Shown here: positions 40,301 to 52,600 of the stretch, in pieces
Layout: every line of letters begins with the position of its first letter
Numbering within the stretch: position 1 is the stretch's first letter
NCBI GenBank assembly: GCA_973851085.1
Contig: OZ316775.1
Span: 19,220,001-19,284,000 of the forward strand
Direction of reading: 5' to 3'
Origin: Ptychomitrium polyphyllum
Lineage: Eukaryota
Length of the DNA stretch: 64,000 nt
Made by a program: the position numbers and the translations under genes
The notes under the pieces: model-generated
What the model was told of the DNA's origin: nothing
Seen by the model: the letters and a program-made list of their open reading frames with translations, nothing else
Databases searched by the model: none

Positions 40301-41018
40301 AACAACCAACTGGAAATCCAGAAAACGTCCACCAAGTGTCGGTCCATTGACATCCTCCCATGCTCAAGCTCATCGCCCTCCCTATACATTAGGACTCAAT
40401 TCGCCACCTGAGATGGCCCTGAATCATTATGTCACTCTTCCTCATAATTTAAAACTGAAGAAAACCTATCATATACACCACGTGAAGAAGAGCATAAACA
40501 TGACTTCTTAAGATGGAAGAGATTTTGTAAGATAAATTTTAATCGAACTGGAGCAAAAGTTGTCTTGTCAAATACCATGTTCCTCAACCATTTCTGAATA
40601 ATTGTCAACTGTATTCAGTTACAAATAACGCAGACCATTTCAAAGTTTCAGTCGCAAGGAAATGCAGGCATTTATTATGTCCAAGAAATCTCACTGGTCT
40701 TTGAACGCTTGGACTCTGCACCATATTCCCAATGTTGATGTGCTCACAAGCACAACCATATATAAATGCAGCAATTTCATCGCAGTCTGACAGACCTGAA
40801 TTGCAGGTTAATCATGTTAGCTGCTTTCTCTAATTTCTCGAATTTCAGTGTTTCTATAGCCAGACCTTATTAGAATGTAACCAATGTAGTCTAACCACAA
40901 TGAGGGCACGCTATCTCAATACAAGTACCACGAAAGAGGACCCGAGAAAAAGGTAACTAGAAATATGTCAAAATAAAATCTTGTTAGCATCAACTGCTAC
41001 TTGTGAGTGGACCTCAGC

Positions 41019-44000
41019 TCACACAGGACGCCACAAGCTGAGCTTAGAGTGATCTACAATGCGCCTATTCTTTTTGTTAATAAGCATCATGTCCTCAAAT
41101 TCTGCGTCCCAAATCACATGATTGTCACACACACAGTAGTGTTGGACATGGAATACAGATTGCATTGATGATCTCTCAAGTCCAACCTGCAGTAATCAAT
41201 TGATTATTGGAAATTAGACCACATACATCACAACCAAAATGTACGAGCCTGATGTTCATCAAGCATTTCAGAGAAAGTACCAGACAGCAGAAAGAGATAA
41301 AGCACCATTACAAGAATTTCAAAGTTTGAAGCAAAGTAGTTCATGAACACTTACAACACTTAATGTGAAAATGGAATCTTCCTTACGGAGCATTTCAGGT
41401 GTCCTTCTGTACAGTGGGCTGCTTTCATCTATGATGTGACGGACCAGCATCCCATGATTTAGGTAAGCAATTTCAGACCTTACCTGGTCCCAGCCAATAG
41501 CACATTCAAAACACCTCAAATTCAGTTAATGAGGTGCTGTGCCACCTTTGTCTTATGAACAGAAAGCAAATTTTGAATCAGAAGAAGGTGATGAAAACTT
41601 ACCAGTTTCAAAGACTGAGTGGCACGGAAGAATGAGCCAGATCGTGTCAACGTATTGTACTTATAAGTCAAGTCCACTTTTACATCCACAAGTTCACAGG
41701 GTTGAGGCCCAGCCAAAACATATCTTGCCATCAGAACTCTGCAATAGATCAATTAAAGGCGTATAATCAGCCTCTACAATCTCTGAAAATATAGTAACAA
41801 GAATATACAAGGTACCGACTATATACTCCAAAACAATATGAATTGTTCGAAGACTTGCCCATCCAGTATGTCTCTGCGTACGGGTATTCTGTAATGGAAC
41901 TTGTGCGAGAACACTCAAGATAGACTACAAATGTCTGTAAGCACGAGATGATACAGCAATCGAGAGAGAGTTCAAGCCCTTACTTGGTGGCAGAGCTATC
42001 AACCCTTCGCCTGCGCTGAGCAAGAGATGGACAGATTAATGCAACAGTTGAACACCGTACTGGTTGTGAAGGCTGCGACAACCTTGCAAATACTGCAACG
42101 CAGAAAAAATGTTATTTTATCGTTCAGTTCTGTGTAAAACATACAGGTACATCATCAAACACGAATTACAGCAGAAGCCAAAACATATGGAGCAATTTCA
42201 GAAGTAGAGAGTAATACCTGCACCACTAAGAAACACGAAGATGAGCTGAGCAAAAAGGGCGTTGACATTGGCAAGCACCAGGGTGTAAGGAGAGAGGGGA
42301 GCTATCTCTGGCTGTAAGCCAGTAGAAAGAGATAGACTAAACATGAAGATTTCAAACAATGTTGACCATGATAAGCTAAGCCCCCCTGAAGTCACATCGC
42401 CTGATAAAAGAAGTACGCCGCCGGTTAGCACAAGATTTATTTTCTGTCTTTCGGTCGTACGACTAAATACGCTGATGCACTAGACAGTCATATAGTGCAG
42501 TAGGTGATGCTCTAACTTATCGATGTACACTTACCTGGTTCAAAGCCGATTGAATGTAAACTTTTTTAACAAAAAATTTGGATATAAACATCTCAAAATG
42601 AATGCCGTATAGTTATTACGTAATTTAGAAACAAGGGATATAAATACGGAATTAAAATAACAAGCGCAAGAAACTCACCCGAGGCTGAATCAAAGAAATT
42701 TCGAGCTGTATCATCCAAGGCCAGCCCTTGCACATCAGGCAAGTATAGAAATGTAAACACGAAACTTAAGAACACAGGTGCGGCGAACATTGCACATGCA
42801 AATTCAGGCAAGGGCTTCTTAAGCATGTAGATATAAAAATCGTAAATTATAGAAATTATTCCACCATTGTCCTGCAACACGTAAAAATTATTTAAGCCCT
42901 TCATGCCTCGAAACTCAGGAGCGTCTGACGTTTTGAAAGTCTCAAATTCGTCATCACTGTCGGTATCATCTTCATCGGTTGTTAGAAAGTCTACAACCGC
43001 AGCTGCCGTTGATGAAACTGCTGTCGCTGTGGCTTGGACGGTTTCTGTCACTTGAGCAGCGGTGGAGCTCACGGACTCTGATACATCTAATACAGTTGCT
43101 GTTACAGTTTCAGATACTTGAGCGGCTGTGCTCGTTACCGACTCCAAAACCTGGTTGGACACCTCAGAGACCTGCTCAGATACTATGGTTGAAACTTGAT
43201 CCACTTGAGATGATACCTGATGAATTCCACAAATTAACATTAGAACAAAGATGAATGTGCACATGTATCAAGCAGTACAGATCCATCCCATGAATTCATT
43301 GATGGAAGTACACCAGTTCTTGGGTAGGTTTATCTGTCAATGACTACAAATCGTCCACATACAGATGCATTAGGAAATTGCTCTATATTGGGTCTAATAT
43401 TATATCAATAAAAACTCAACATTTGTTGCGTCCAATATTTGTTTGATATACAAATGATACAAACTATGATATGGTAACTAAAAGGATTCAAGTGCCCATT
43501 GGCAACAAAACTTGAATCCATACAGGTACCATATTGTTATTTATATGGTTTCTATATCAAACAAATATTAGACACAACAAACGTCGAATTTGGATTAGAT
43601 ACAATACACAACAATTTTCTGATGTGGTGAACAACGTTGCAAGTGGACTACTGTGGCATGAACTGACCACTCCAATCCATGTAAATCTCCACAAACTAGT
43701 GCACTGATATCAACAGTATCAACTGCACCTAGCACAACAACAATAAACGCATCGATTCATATTCGTGAGTCACTAGTGCACACAGTGGTGCACACCTGTT
43801 GTTGAAGTCGGAGTACGGAGCTGTTATGATCTACCAGCGAATCATGTAATCCATCAGTAAATTGGTCGACAATGTTTTGCCCTAAATCCATGGCCTGCCC
43901 TGCAGCCCTTGACATCGTCCCAGAGACTTGGGTTTGCAGAACAGCTACCTTCTCAACCACTGCACCCACCTGCTCCACAACTGCATCCGGGAGAATCTCC

Positions 44001-46369
44001 ACAACTGGATCCACAACTTGCTCTTTTAAAATTTGTGCTGTTTCTACAATAGCTTTTGCAGGAAGCTCTGCCACCACTGTTGAGAGCTCAGCTACTACAG
44101 GTATCTCTTTGACCACCTCAGGGAGATCCGCAACTTTTGCTGGAAGATCCTTGACTAGTTTCGCAGGAAATTCAGTTATTTTCGACGGTAACTCAGTGAC
44201 GAGTTTTAAGGAGGCCGGAAGTGAAGTTGACGATTCAGAGTTTGTAGTAACAGAACTTGCAAGAGCTGAGGAACTCTCACTACTGACTGTTACGTCAACA
44301 ACCTGAGATGCCGCAGTCTCACTGAGTCGCTTAGGTCGTACAAGTCGGGGAAATGCAGCAATAAGGTTGCTCTTCTTCTTGTTTCCTTGCTTTATGTGGC
44401 CGTTTATTTCATTCATGTCAAATCCCAATGATTGACCACTAGCAGAGACATCTTCACGTATGAATTCCAATGCTCCAAAGTCTGTAGAAGTGGTCGTCAC
44501 AGAGTCAGCTGTACGCTCAGGTCGCTCCGCTTTTGCTATCGGGCTCCTAACCCAAGTAGTATCAATGGTCGATGTATTACCTATAAAGATGTATCTTCCG
44601 ATCAGTCATACGACACTCTTTAGTCGATTGAACGCACATCCATCCATGAACATTCCTTATTGACAGAAGAGTTATCCCCTTAGAGGCACTTACATTATGC
44701 CCCAAGAGAATATAAGCAAATCAGTTGCAAGTACACAAGTAAACACTTCTACATCAAAGGTTGCAGTTCGAAATGATATAATTTGATACAAGAAGAAGCT
44801 AAACGAAAGCTCCTATTGAGCTCTTGCATTGATCTGCTCAGTAATGGCATCAGAAATGTAAGAAGGTCTCACCTTTACTCTGAAAATTCTGTTGCTTTCC
44901 ACCAACCATTAATTTTCGGTCAAACGCTTTTAACCTAGGCGAAAAGGATGGCAGTTTGCTAATCCTCTCTATGCGCTTCACATTGTCTAAATTCGAACCT
45001 GACTTCTTCTCGGGATCCACAAACACCCCAGGGTTTGTGAGTATGGTTGCTGCGACAGGCGCAACCTCCTCTGGAAAAAAATTCACAGGTAGTGAATCTG
45101 AACTGAGACTGGGCATTCTTTTCTTTCTGCCACGGCTGCCTCGCCGTTGAATTGCTGGCTTTGTACTTCCGGTCCTTACTCTATCAAATCCTCCACTACC
45201 CCCATTTGCATATTGTGCAGCACTTCGCAAAACACCTGATTCCGTATCCGCTTCACTCTGTGTCAATGAGTTTTTGCTCGTCCCATTTTCTTCATCTCCA
45301 GTTCTTAAATCTCTTCCTTCTTCGATCTCTGATGTGATGGTACCTTGTTGGCCGTGAGAGTCCTCAGCGTCAAGACTTACCAAACTACGAGTTTCGTGGC
45401 CACTACCATCAAAAACAGCTATTGGTTCAACCTTATTCTCTTCTTGTAGCACATCCGAACTCTCCGATCCTACATCTGAGTTCTCAGTCGTGACGTCATC
45501 GTAAGTATCAAGCATACGCTCATCAGCTTTCCCACTCAAATCGCTTACTTCAACTTGGTTAGTACTATAGTCCGCATAACAAGACTGCTGAAACTGAGTT
45601 TCATACAAATTATTCTCTGATGTTCCATCTGAATGGAATTGATCAACCACAGGTTCCTCACCATCTTCACACCGATTACTAACTGAGGCACTGTCTTGGA
45701 CAACTTCGTCTCCATATGCTCCTCGCAAGTGAGCTCCATGGTCGTCCAATTTGTCCTGTACAGTTTTAAATCAACAATTTGTATCATACGAAAACTTTGA
45801 CATTGACCTGTCTGCAAGAAACGCAACGGCAACCACGTACACATAGGCATTTGGCATTTCAGGCAATGTAAAAGGGGCATTTCAAAGCGGAATAATGTGG
45901 CGGCCATCCACAAATGCTACGTCAGGACATTCTATACGCCAACAATCCACATACGGCATAGTGTTACAAACATTCTGCTACTGCTTCATAAAGATTCACA
46001 AATTCTCCGCCAGGAAACTTCGTCTAATAACTCTCCATACATATCTCGTAAGCTAGAGACACAACCAAAAAATTGCAAGTCACTTACCATTTCCTTTTCA
46101 TTCGGCTCATCCTGCGAAATTTGAGACGGATTCCGCCTCCATGACTTCTTAGGCCTGCTCCCATGGACAGCGCCCGAGTATCTGCCGAGCCCTGCCTGCG
46201 CTTTTACACTGGTCCTACTATGATCAATATCTCCCATCCCCCCTGCGTCGCCTGGACACATTCTCCTAAGGTTCCATCTTGAAATAGACACAGGTAAGAC
46301 GAAGCTACAGAAATTGAGTCTCTGCGCAGGACCAGCCGGTCTAACAAACACCGATGTCATCGACGACAT
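41019..46369 (-). CDS. Inward-rectifier potassium channel (Kir/KirBac)-fold protein with long N-terminal extension and non-canonical filter; 9 exons (approx. 46369-46088, 45757-44872, 44581-43795, 43216-42679, 42400-42218, 42092-41984, 41737-41603, 41483-41355, 41186-41019)
   Basis: The spliced C-terminal ~330 aa shows Kir landmarks in order: slide helix IYDFYIYMLKKP, TM1, pore helix WSTLFEIFMFSLS, P.SPY, TM2 ending GAVFARLSQP, VRCSTVALI, LMARY, LKLVRSE, HIIDESSPLY, GLERSSMQSVF, VIWDAEFEDM, IVDHSKL. All junctions are GT-AG and in frame; TGA at 41021-41019. Confidence 0.85.
43368..43624. mobile_element. ~260-bp foldback (long imperfect inverted repeat) in an intron of the Kir-like gene; MITE-like or hairpin-RNA source
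   Basis: Paired arms: AACATTTGTTGCGTCCAATATTTGTTTGATATA with TATATCAAACAAATATTAGACACAACAAACGTC; ATATGGTAACTAAAAGGATTCAAGT with ACTTGAATCCATACAGGTACCATAT; termini CATTAGGAAATTG and CAATTTTCTGATG. No clear target-site duplication. Confidence 0.65.
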
Positions 46370-46429
46370 GGCTATCGTAGAAAACTAAATCCTGGCTAAA
46401 CTTTAGTACGAAAATGCGCACTAATTCTC

Positions 46430-47030
46430 CAATCAGAGCTTCGAAACCCTAGAAACAAACGGCTTCCAATGAACCTACTTAAAGTGTCCGCCACTACGTC
46501 GTCCTAAAAACAAAACAAAACAATATATCCACTCCATCAAACATTTATTCAATAACCAGCGTCTAAGAATCACGACGCCTTGACAGAAATCCTGAAGAAC
46601 ATCCTCTCCATGCGAAACTCCAGTAATCGACTTCCAACTAACGAAATCAAAATATCCACTGGTCTCAAAGCAACGAGCTATCATCATAGACAAACCACCA
46701 CGAAAATCATCTCAACCAAAGTCTATTACGAACGAAAGCGCACTTGAGCTCTACAATGAGAGCTTCGAAACTTCAGAAATCAAATTCCAGTCAACACTTT
46801 GATTAAGCATCTACCACGGAACGCAACGAGCCAATTTCAGCCGTTCTAAAATCCTGTCCAGCAAACAATTAACCAAGAGAAAAGAAGCGGTGAGCCTCTA
46901 AGAACCACGACGCCTTAACAGGCATCCTTGAAAAAGCGTTGCTGCTTCGGAACCCGCAAGATCAACTTCCAATGAACTAAATCAAAGTGTCCGCCACGAA
47001 ACGCAACAAGGTGACTTAAGCCGTTCTGCA
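46430..47030. repeat. Degenerate ~155-180-bp tandem repeat (3-4 units) in the leader of the Kir-like gene
   Basis: CTTCCAATGAAC...AAAGTGTCCGCCAC at ~46462 and ~46966 (weaker at ~46631 and ~46785); TCTAAGAAYCACGACGCCTT at ~46563 and ~46897; CCACGRAACGCAAC...AGCCGTTCT at ~46813 and ~46994. Confidence 0.6.
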
Positions 47031-47959
47031 ACAGACCAAAAAATATGAACAAGAAAACCTTTCAAGGCGTTCAGGCTCTAAGTAAAGGAATAGCGATGCC
47101 GCCAGGAGAGGAATCCGCAAGAACGTGCTATTGACTACCTCCATCTACCTCGCTCCAAATCGCAGCAAGATTATGAAACATAAAAGGCGCAAGAAAAACA
47201 CCAAGTGTTTGTTCCGACCGCCGAGACAACACGCTCCAGCTGAGGTAGGGTTTCAAAGGTGTGCCATGTGGCAGCGCGAAGAGCTGTAAACATGGAAACG
47301 AACGAAAGAAGAAGAGTGCGCTCATCGCATGGCGGAGAGCGCAGCAGCCAACATGGCGAGTGATCTGTGGAGCGCGAGCAGGCTGCACAGTTGGGAGACA
47401 CGCCATCGCCACTACCTCGCACACAGTAGCGCTTGTGAGGAACCTCGCATGAGTATCACTTGGGTATATCCAGGTCGTCACAGTAGATCTGATTGATATT
47501 ATACCAGTATAACAGGAGTACAACCTATGTATCCGTATGCTAGGTCTGCAACGAAAATCGTCTTTACCGGCCCAAGCAGCCCTGACAGCGTGACAGTCCT
47601 CGGGGCCATTTTACAATATGAGCGCAAGAGTATCAAGCGGGTTTCACTCGGGCATCACACGACTATCACGGATTTGTCACATAGAATCGCCCTATATCAC
47701 GCGGGTATGTGGCTTAAATCTAGTGGTAGTGGACGGGTTTTGGACAAGTATCACACGAGTATCGTGTACTTATCAACAGAGAACTGCAGAGTACTTGTAT
47801 GGCCTGGGAATCGTCTTCAACCGCATAAGCGAAGTCAGCTTCTGAGCAGAGGATCTGCGCATCGCCGCCCTCGGCGGGACGATGGTTGGAGGCCGTGCCT
47901 TACCTTTTTCCCACGGGGTGAGCCTCGCTTGTGCTTTTACATTCACACTCTTCACTTTT

Positions 47960-48714
47960 CCATCTATTTGTTATTGCTCCAGACGCCGCTCAGCTAAACG
48001 ATTTGGATTTTTGGATAACTCTGGAGGATCTTTCTTTCACGTTCATGACTCGTGACTATGGTCACAGTCTCGTTGCTGGGAAGTCTCAGTTTCCCAGACA
48101 TGTTAGTCAGTTTTCTGACGGTCACATTTGCTTCATACGAAAAGAGTACTGGTCCTTGCAGGCATATACAGAGATGGTTATGGGAGCATACGACCGTCCT
48201 TTTGTACTGCCACGCATGTGGGCTGCTGGATCTAAAATCCGTTTGTCTATCAACGACGACTTGGCAGGAATAGTGTAGCCACTGGTTTTACTGGAAAAGC
48301 AGTCGTCTGCAGCGATTGAAGGCTTATGAATATGGAACTGTGTTCCGTTAATTGGTCCAACTGCCCTGAAAGGGTGCACTCTTGATAGAATTCTAACATA
48401 ACAGATAAGAGCTGATTCCAACGATGCCATGATACTTCACTACTCAATTCGACATTGATGGCTCTGATCACATCTTAAATGGCAACACGTGATGTGTGCT
48501 TTACAAGAGAAAATTGCTGATTGGAGACAAAGAGCCTGAATCCGTAAACTAACTTGCACACTAGAGCAGTTACCTTTAGGACTACAGGAATTGCCCTTCG
48601 GTACCTTGTGTCCTGACGGAAGATGCAAGGGAACAGCATGCTTGCCGAATTGAACACACTCGCCTTTGACATTCGAAAGTTCTTCATCCACCTGTTATCA
48701 TCAAACTCATGCAT
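47960..48714 (-). pseudogene. Decayed PIF/Harbinger (HARBI1-like DDE) transposase fragment
   Basis: Collinear motifs across stops and frameshifts: RWMKNFRMSK, DTRYRRAIPV, AVGPINGTQFHIHKP (cf. GAIDGTHI.I..P), SKTSGYTI...LID, RILDPAAHMRGS (cf. F.DV..G.PGS). Confidence 0.7.
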
Positions 48715-49603
48715 AACAAACTGTGGTTGTGGAGCAAGGAAGCACCTACCTACTAACCTAAATCATCTGCAAAAAGTATGAAGAACGTCACTACCAAAAT
48801 CAAGGATTGACTAAGACGATTTTGAAGACAAAACAGTGTCTTAATCAACCCTAATTTCGGTAGGGCACTAGCCTAAACGAATGCAGGACAAATAAGGAGA
48901 TGGAGTTCATCTGCACACGTCTCCAAATCTGCTACCACAGTTGGATTGATTTGAACACGGCAATCATGTGAACAGTACAATGCTCACTTTTAGAGAATGA
49001 GACAGCGAGGCAGTTACATGTCCCCTAAGCAAACACTTCAGAGTTCATTGCAAGCGTCAAGCCCAATCCTCAAGAAGTACCAGAAATTTCAAGTCCATAC
49101 CTACTTGAGTTACTGACTTTTGTTGAATTGAAACCTTCACTGCATATCAAAAACTTGAATTCTTGTTTACAGTACATGGCAATCTGGAAACTACTCAAAG
49201 CTACAAACCCTTTAAAAACAATTTGATGACAGTGAACAGAAACTCTCATGAACAAAAATGTTGGGCGCGTAAACAGGACCTTCGCTATCTATGTTTGAAG
49301 TCCACTGCGAACTCAATCGCTCAGCACTAGCGGACCACTGTTACAACCAATATCAGAGTCTAAAGGTCACAAATTGGCACATGTCCACATACCCAACGCG
49401 GGCGGCCGATTAGAATACAATGCGAGGCTAGTATACGTTTCTTATGCAAATTAGTTGGCAACCCAACGCCTGACAAAGCATGTGAACAGTGCTGGTCGAT
49501 GAATATTGTTGCTGAAAATGAGGAGGTACACCGTCTGGAAATCATATCTTGCCTGTAAACAGCGGGCTCCAGAACAGACAAGATTTACTGCTGTTTCTTC
49601 TGG

Positions 49604-52600
49604 TCAAGGACCTGCCAAGACAACCAACTGATCATAGATGCACTTAACAGTTGGTCTTGTTGTTTGAGGGGTCGTACAGGAGAGGGCTATGCTTAGCACC
49701 TCATGCATACTCTTCGGGCATTCCTGATCCCTGCGTAGGCCTACCAGCGTTGTGTCGAAACAGTCCACCGGCCGGCTTTCCTTGACAACTAACCTACCCC
49801 AGTCCAGCAAGTCCACAGCCCCAGAGTTGGCAGACATGAGTTCTCCTGCACCTTTGCCGGTAAGCAACTCCAGTAAAATCACACCCAAAGCGTACACGTC
49901 CGCTACTAGAGAAGGTTTAGGTTTGCGTGTGGCAGCCAGTTCAGGAGATCGATACCCAAGGGAACCTGCATTTAGGATCTGATTGGCAGTTCCAGCAACT
50001 GTCATCAGGCGATGGAGGCTGTAGTCAGACACCCGGGCTGTCAACTGTGGACCCTGAAGAAGGACATTGTTTGCCTTGAGGTTACCATGAGCCACTCCGT
50101 GCTTGTTGTGTAGGTAAGACAACCCACTCGCAACTCCAATAGCTACTTGTAGACGCTGCTCCCAAGTCAGTGGAGGGTGCCTCCGCCCTGTCTTTTCTGC
50201 ATACACATCAAAAACATGGGTTAGTTCAACAATTTCGAGTAAGTCTAAACACACCTCAATTTGCTGATACAAATGACGGAGGTTGTTTATGGAATAGACT
50301 AAGCGATGCCTTTTCTACACTGTCTGCAATGTCTAATAAATCATTCACAGGTCCTACTTACAGCAATCAAAGCCAATTATATTTAAGTATCAGTTCTACA
50401 ATGGAATACGCTCCCACGGTGCGGACAGAGGACGAGGAAATTGAATGAGTGCTTACCATATAAATGATGAGCTAAGCTGCCCGTACTGATGAAATCAGAC
50501 AACAGGAGCTTCTCATGTTCTCGAGGGCCCCAGTAATATCCTCGCAATGATATAACGTTTGGGTGCTTTATACCCCCAAATCTTTTTGCCTCCCTTGTGA
50601 ATTCCTTCTTATTTCTAGCAAGGCCCTCGCGAAGCCACTTGACTGTGAGAACATGGCCATTATCCAACGTAGCCTTGTATGACGTTCCATGGTTGCTTCT
50701 CCCTAGAACCTCTGCTGGAGCTCGTGACAACTCCTCGGCAGTGAAAAGTAAGGTGGCATCCAGGAAGAAAAGATCACCGGCCAAACGATCCGGAGATTTA
50801 ACCTTCAGCACCATGGGGTGCTCGGCTGAACCCGAACCATCATCTTCGGAGGGTGCCCCGCCAGTTCGCCACTTAGTCCACATGGGTGACTCTCCACTCT
50901 TTTGTAAGTCAAGTGCATCTCGTTTTATGTCACTTCTTGCTTTAGGTGGTGCAAGCGCACCCTTGACAGTACCCCTTGATACTTGGGGTGGAACATCAGG
51001 TTGTTCAACCACCACACTTACGTCAGCCATTGATTTGGTGTCGCGTTCTGCAACCTTCGTTACTGTTGAGTCTCTTGAAGGCTTCAACGTTCTGCGATAA
51101 TATACTGTTGCTGTGCACACCACCGCAACAATCGCTGCTCCGAGGATACTTCCTACTATCAACCCAATTTTCAGTACGGATTTCGTTCTAGAGCGATTGC
51201 TTGCTGGAATGACCTGTACTCCTGGGGCAGAAGATGACGTAGGTGCATTTGGAAAAAGAAGGTTTGGATTGCCTGGAGAAAAAGACGAGGCTGGAAAGGA
51301 GACCAGGTTGGAAGGTACTGAGCCTGATAAGTTGTTGCCAGAGACATTGAGATATTTGAGCTGCGGAGAAAGCTTTGCTGGTATTGGGCCACTCAGTGTG
51401 TTCTTTGAAAGGTCAAGAGCTTGAAGTAGAGACAGCTTGGATAGTTGGCCCGGTATCGTGCCCCCTAACTGATTTGTGTTCAGGCTGAGAACAAGAAGGT
51501 CACTGCAAGACCCCAATGTGTCGGGGATAACACCGCTTAAATGGTTGTCAGATAGGTCCAATATACGAAGGGGACAGGTTGGTGCTGTTGACAGACCTGG
51601 AGCAGGAATAGGTCCTTCGAACAGGTTATGTGACAATACAAGCTCTGTGATGGAGGGAGATGCCAACAGCTTAGGAGGGATAGGACCAGAGAGCTGGTTG
51701 GAGCTGAGATTAAGTGAAGTCAACACAAACAGCTGCATCAGCGATGAATCGTCTATGGTACCGCTCAGGTTATTGTGACTGAGGTCCAACGTCCGAAGGT
51801 TGGGACTCCACTTGCTCAGTGCTATTCCTCCAGAAAAATGATTGTTACTCAAATCTACTACACGACAAGACTGTATCTTTGAAGGAAGGGGACCCGTCAG
51901 CTCATTCGAAGCAAGCCTTAAAACACTCATAACCTTTGTTGTCACTGGGCCTAAGCTACCTGCACATTGAAAAATTCACAAGCGCTAGCGTGGTTAGCAA
52001 TCACCTAACATCACCGAGTTGGTGATATTGATATCGGCACATCAACACTTGATCCAGACAAAGAATGTTGAAACTGGATCTGGTCCTCCGCCAAAAAATT
52101 CAACGAGAAGGTGTCTAAGCGAGGTTCAGCCACAAAACTCGAAATCAAGTGATGGTTCATGAATAGGCCTTGTCTTTACAAATCAAAGTACTCTGACGTT
52201 ATAGTAATGCAAATTAGAACCAGAGCTATCAGCAATTCCCTGGTTCCTTCCAACAATACATGTCTACGGCCCGAATTTTGTTAAATGAAATTTCTAGGTT
52301 GATACAACAGTTATTCTTTCCATCCATGCTTATCAGAAGTGTAATTGCTCCTAATTACTCCAAAGAAGTGACCTGTCTACCTCTTGGGTTTTAGACGTTA
52401 CGCTCCGGAGGAATCAAGTCAAAACTTAAGGAGAGAGATAGATTACCGATGAGCTGATTTCGACTGAGGTCGACTTCCTGGAGCTGTGGCGTCTGCTCGT
52501 TTAGCAACTCCGAAGGAATCTGACCCGTGAGCATATTGTCTGACAACCTAAGGGTACAAAGAGAAACCAGAAGCGGCATAGCAGGTATAGGTCCAACCAG

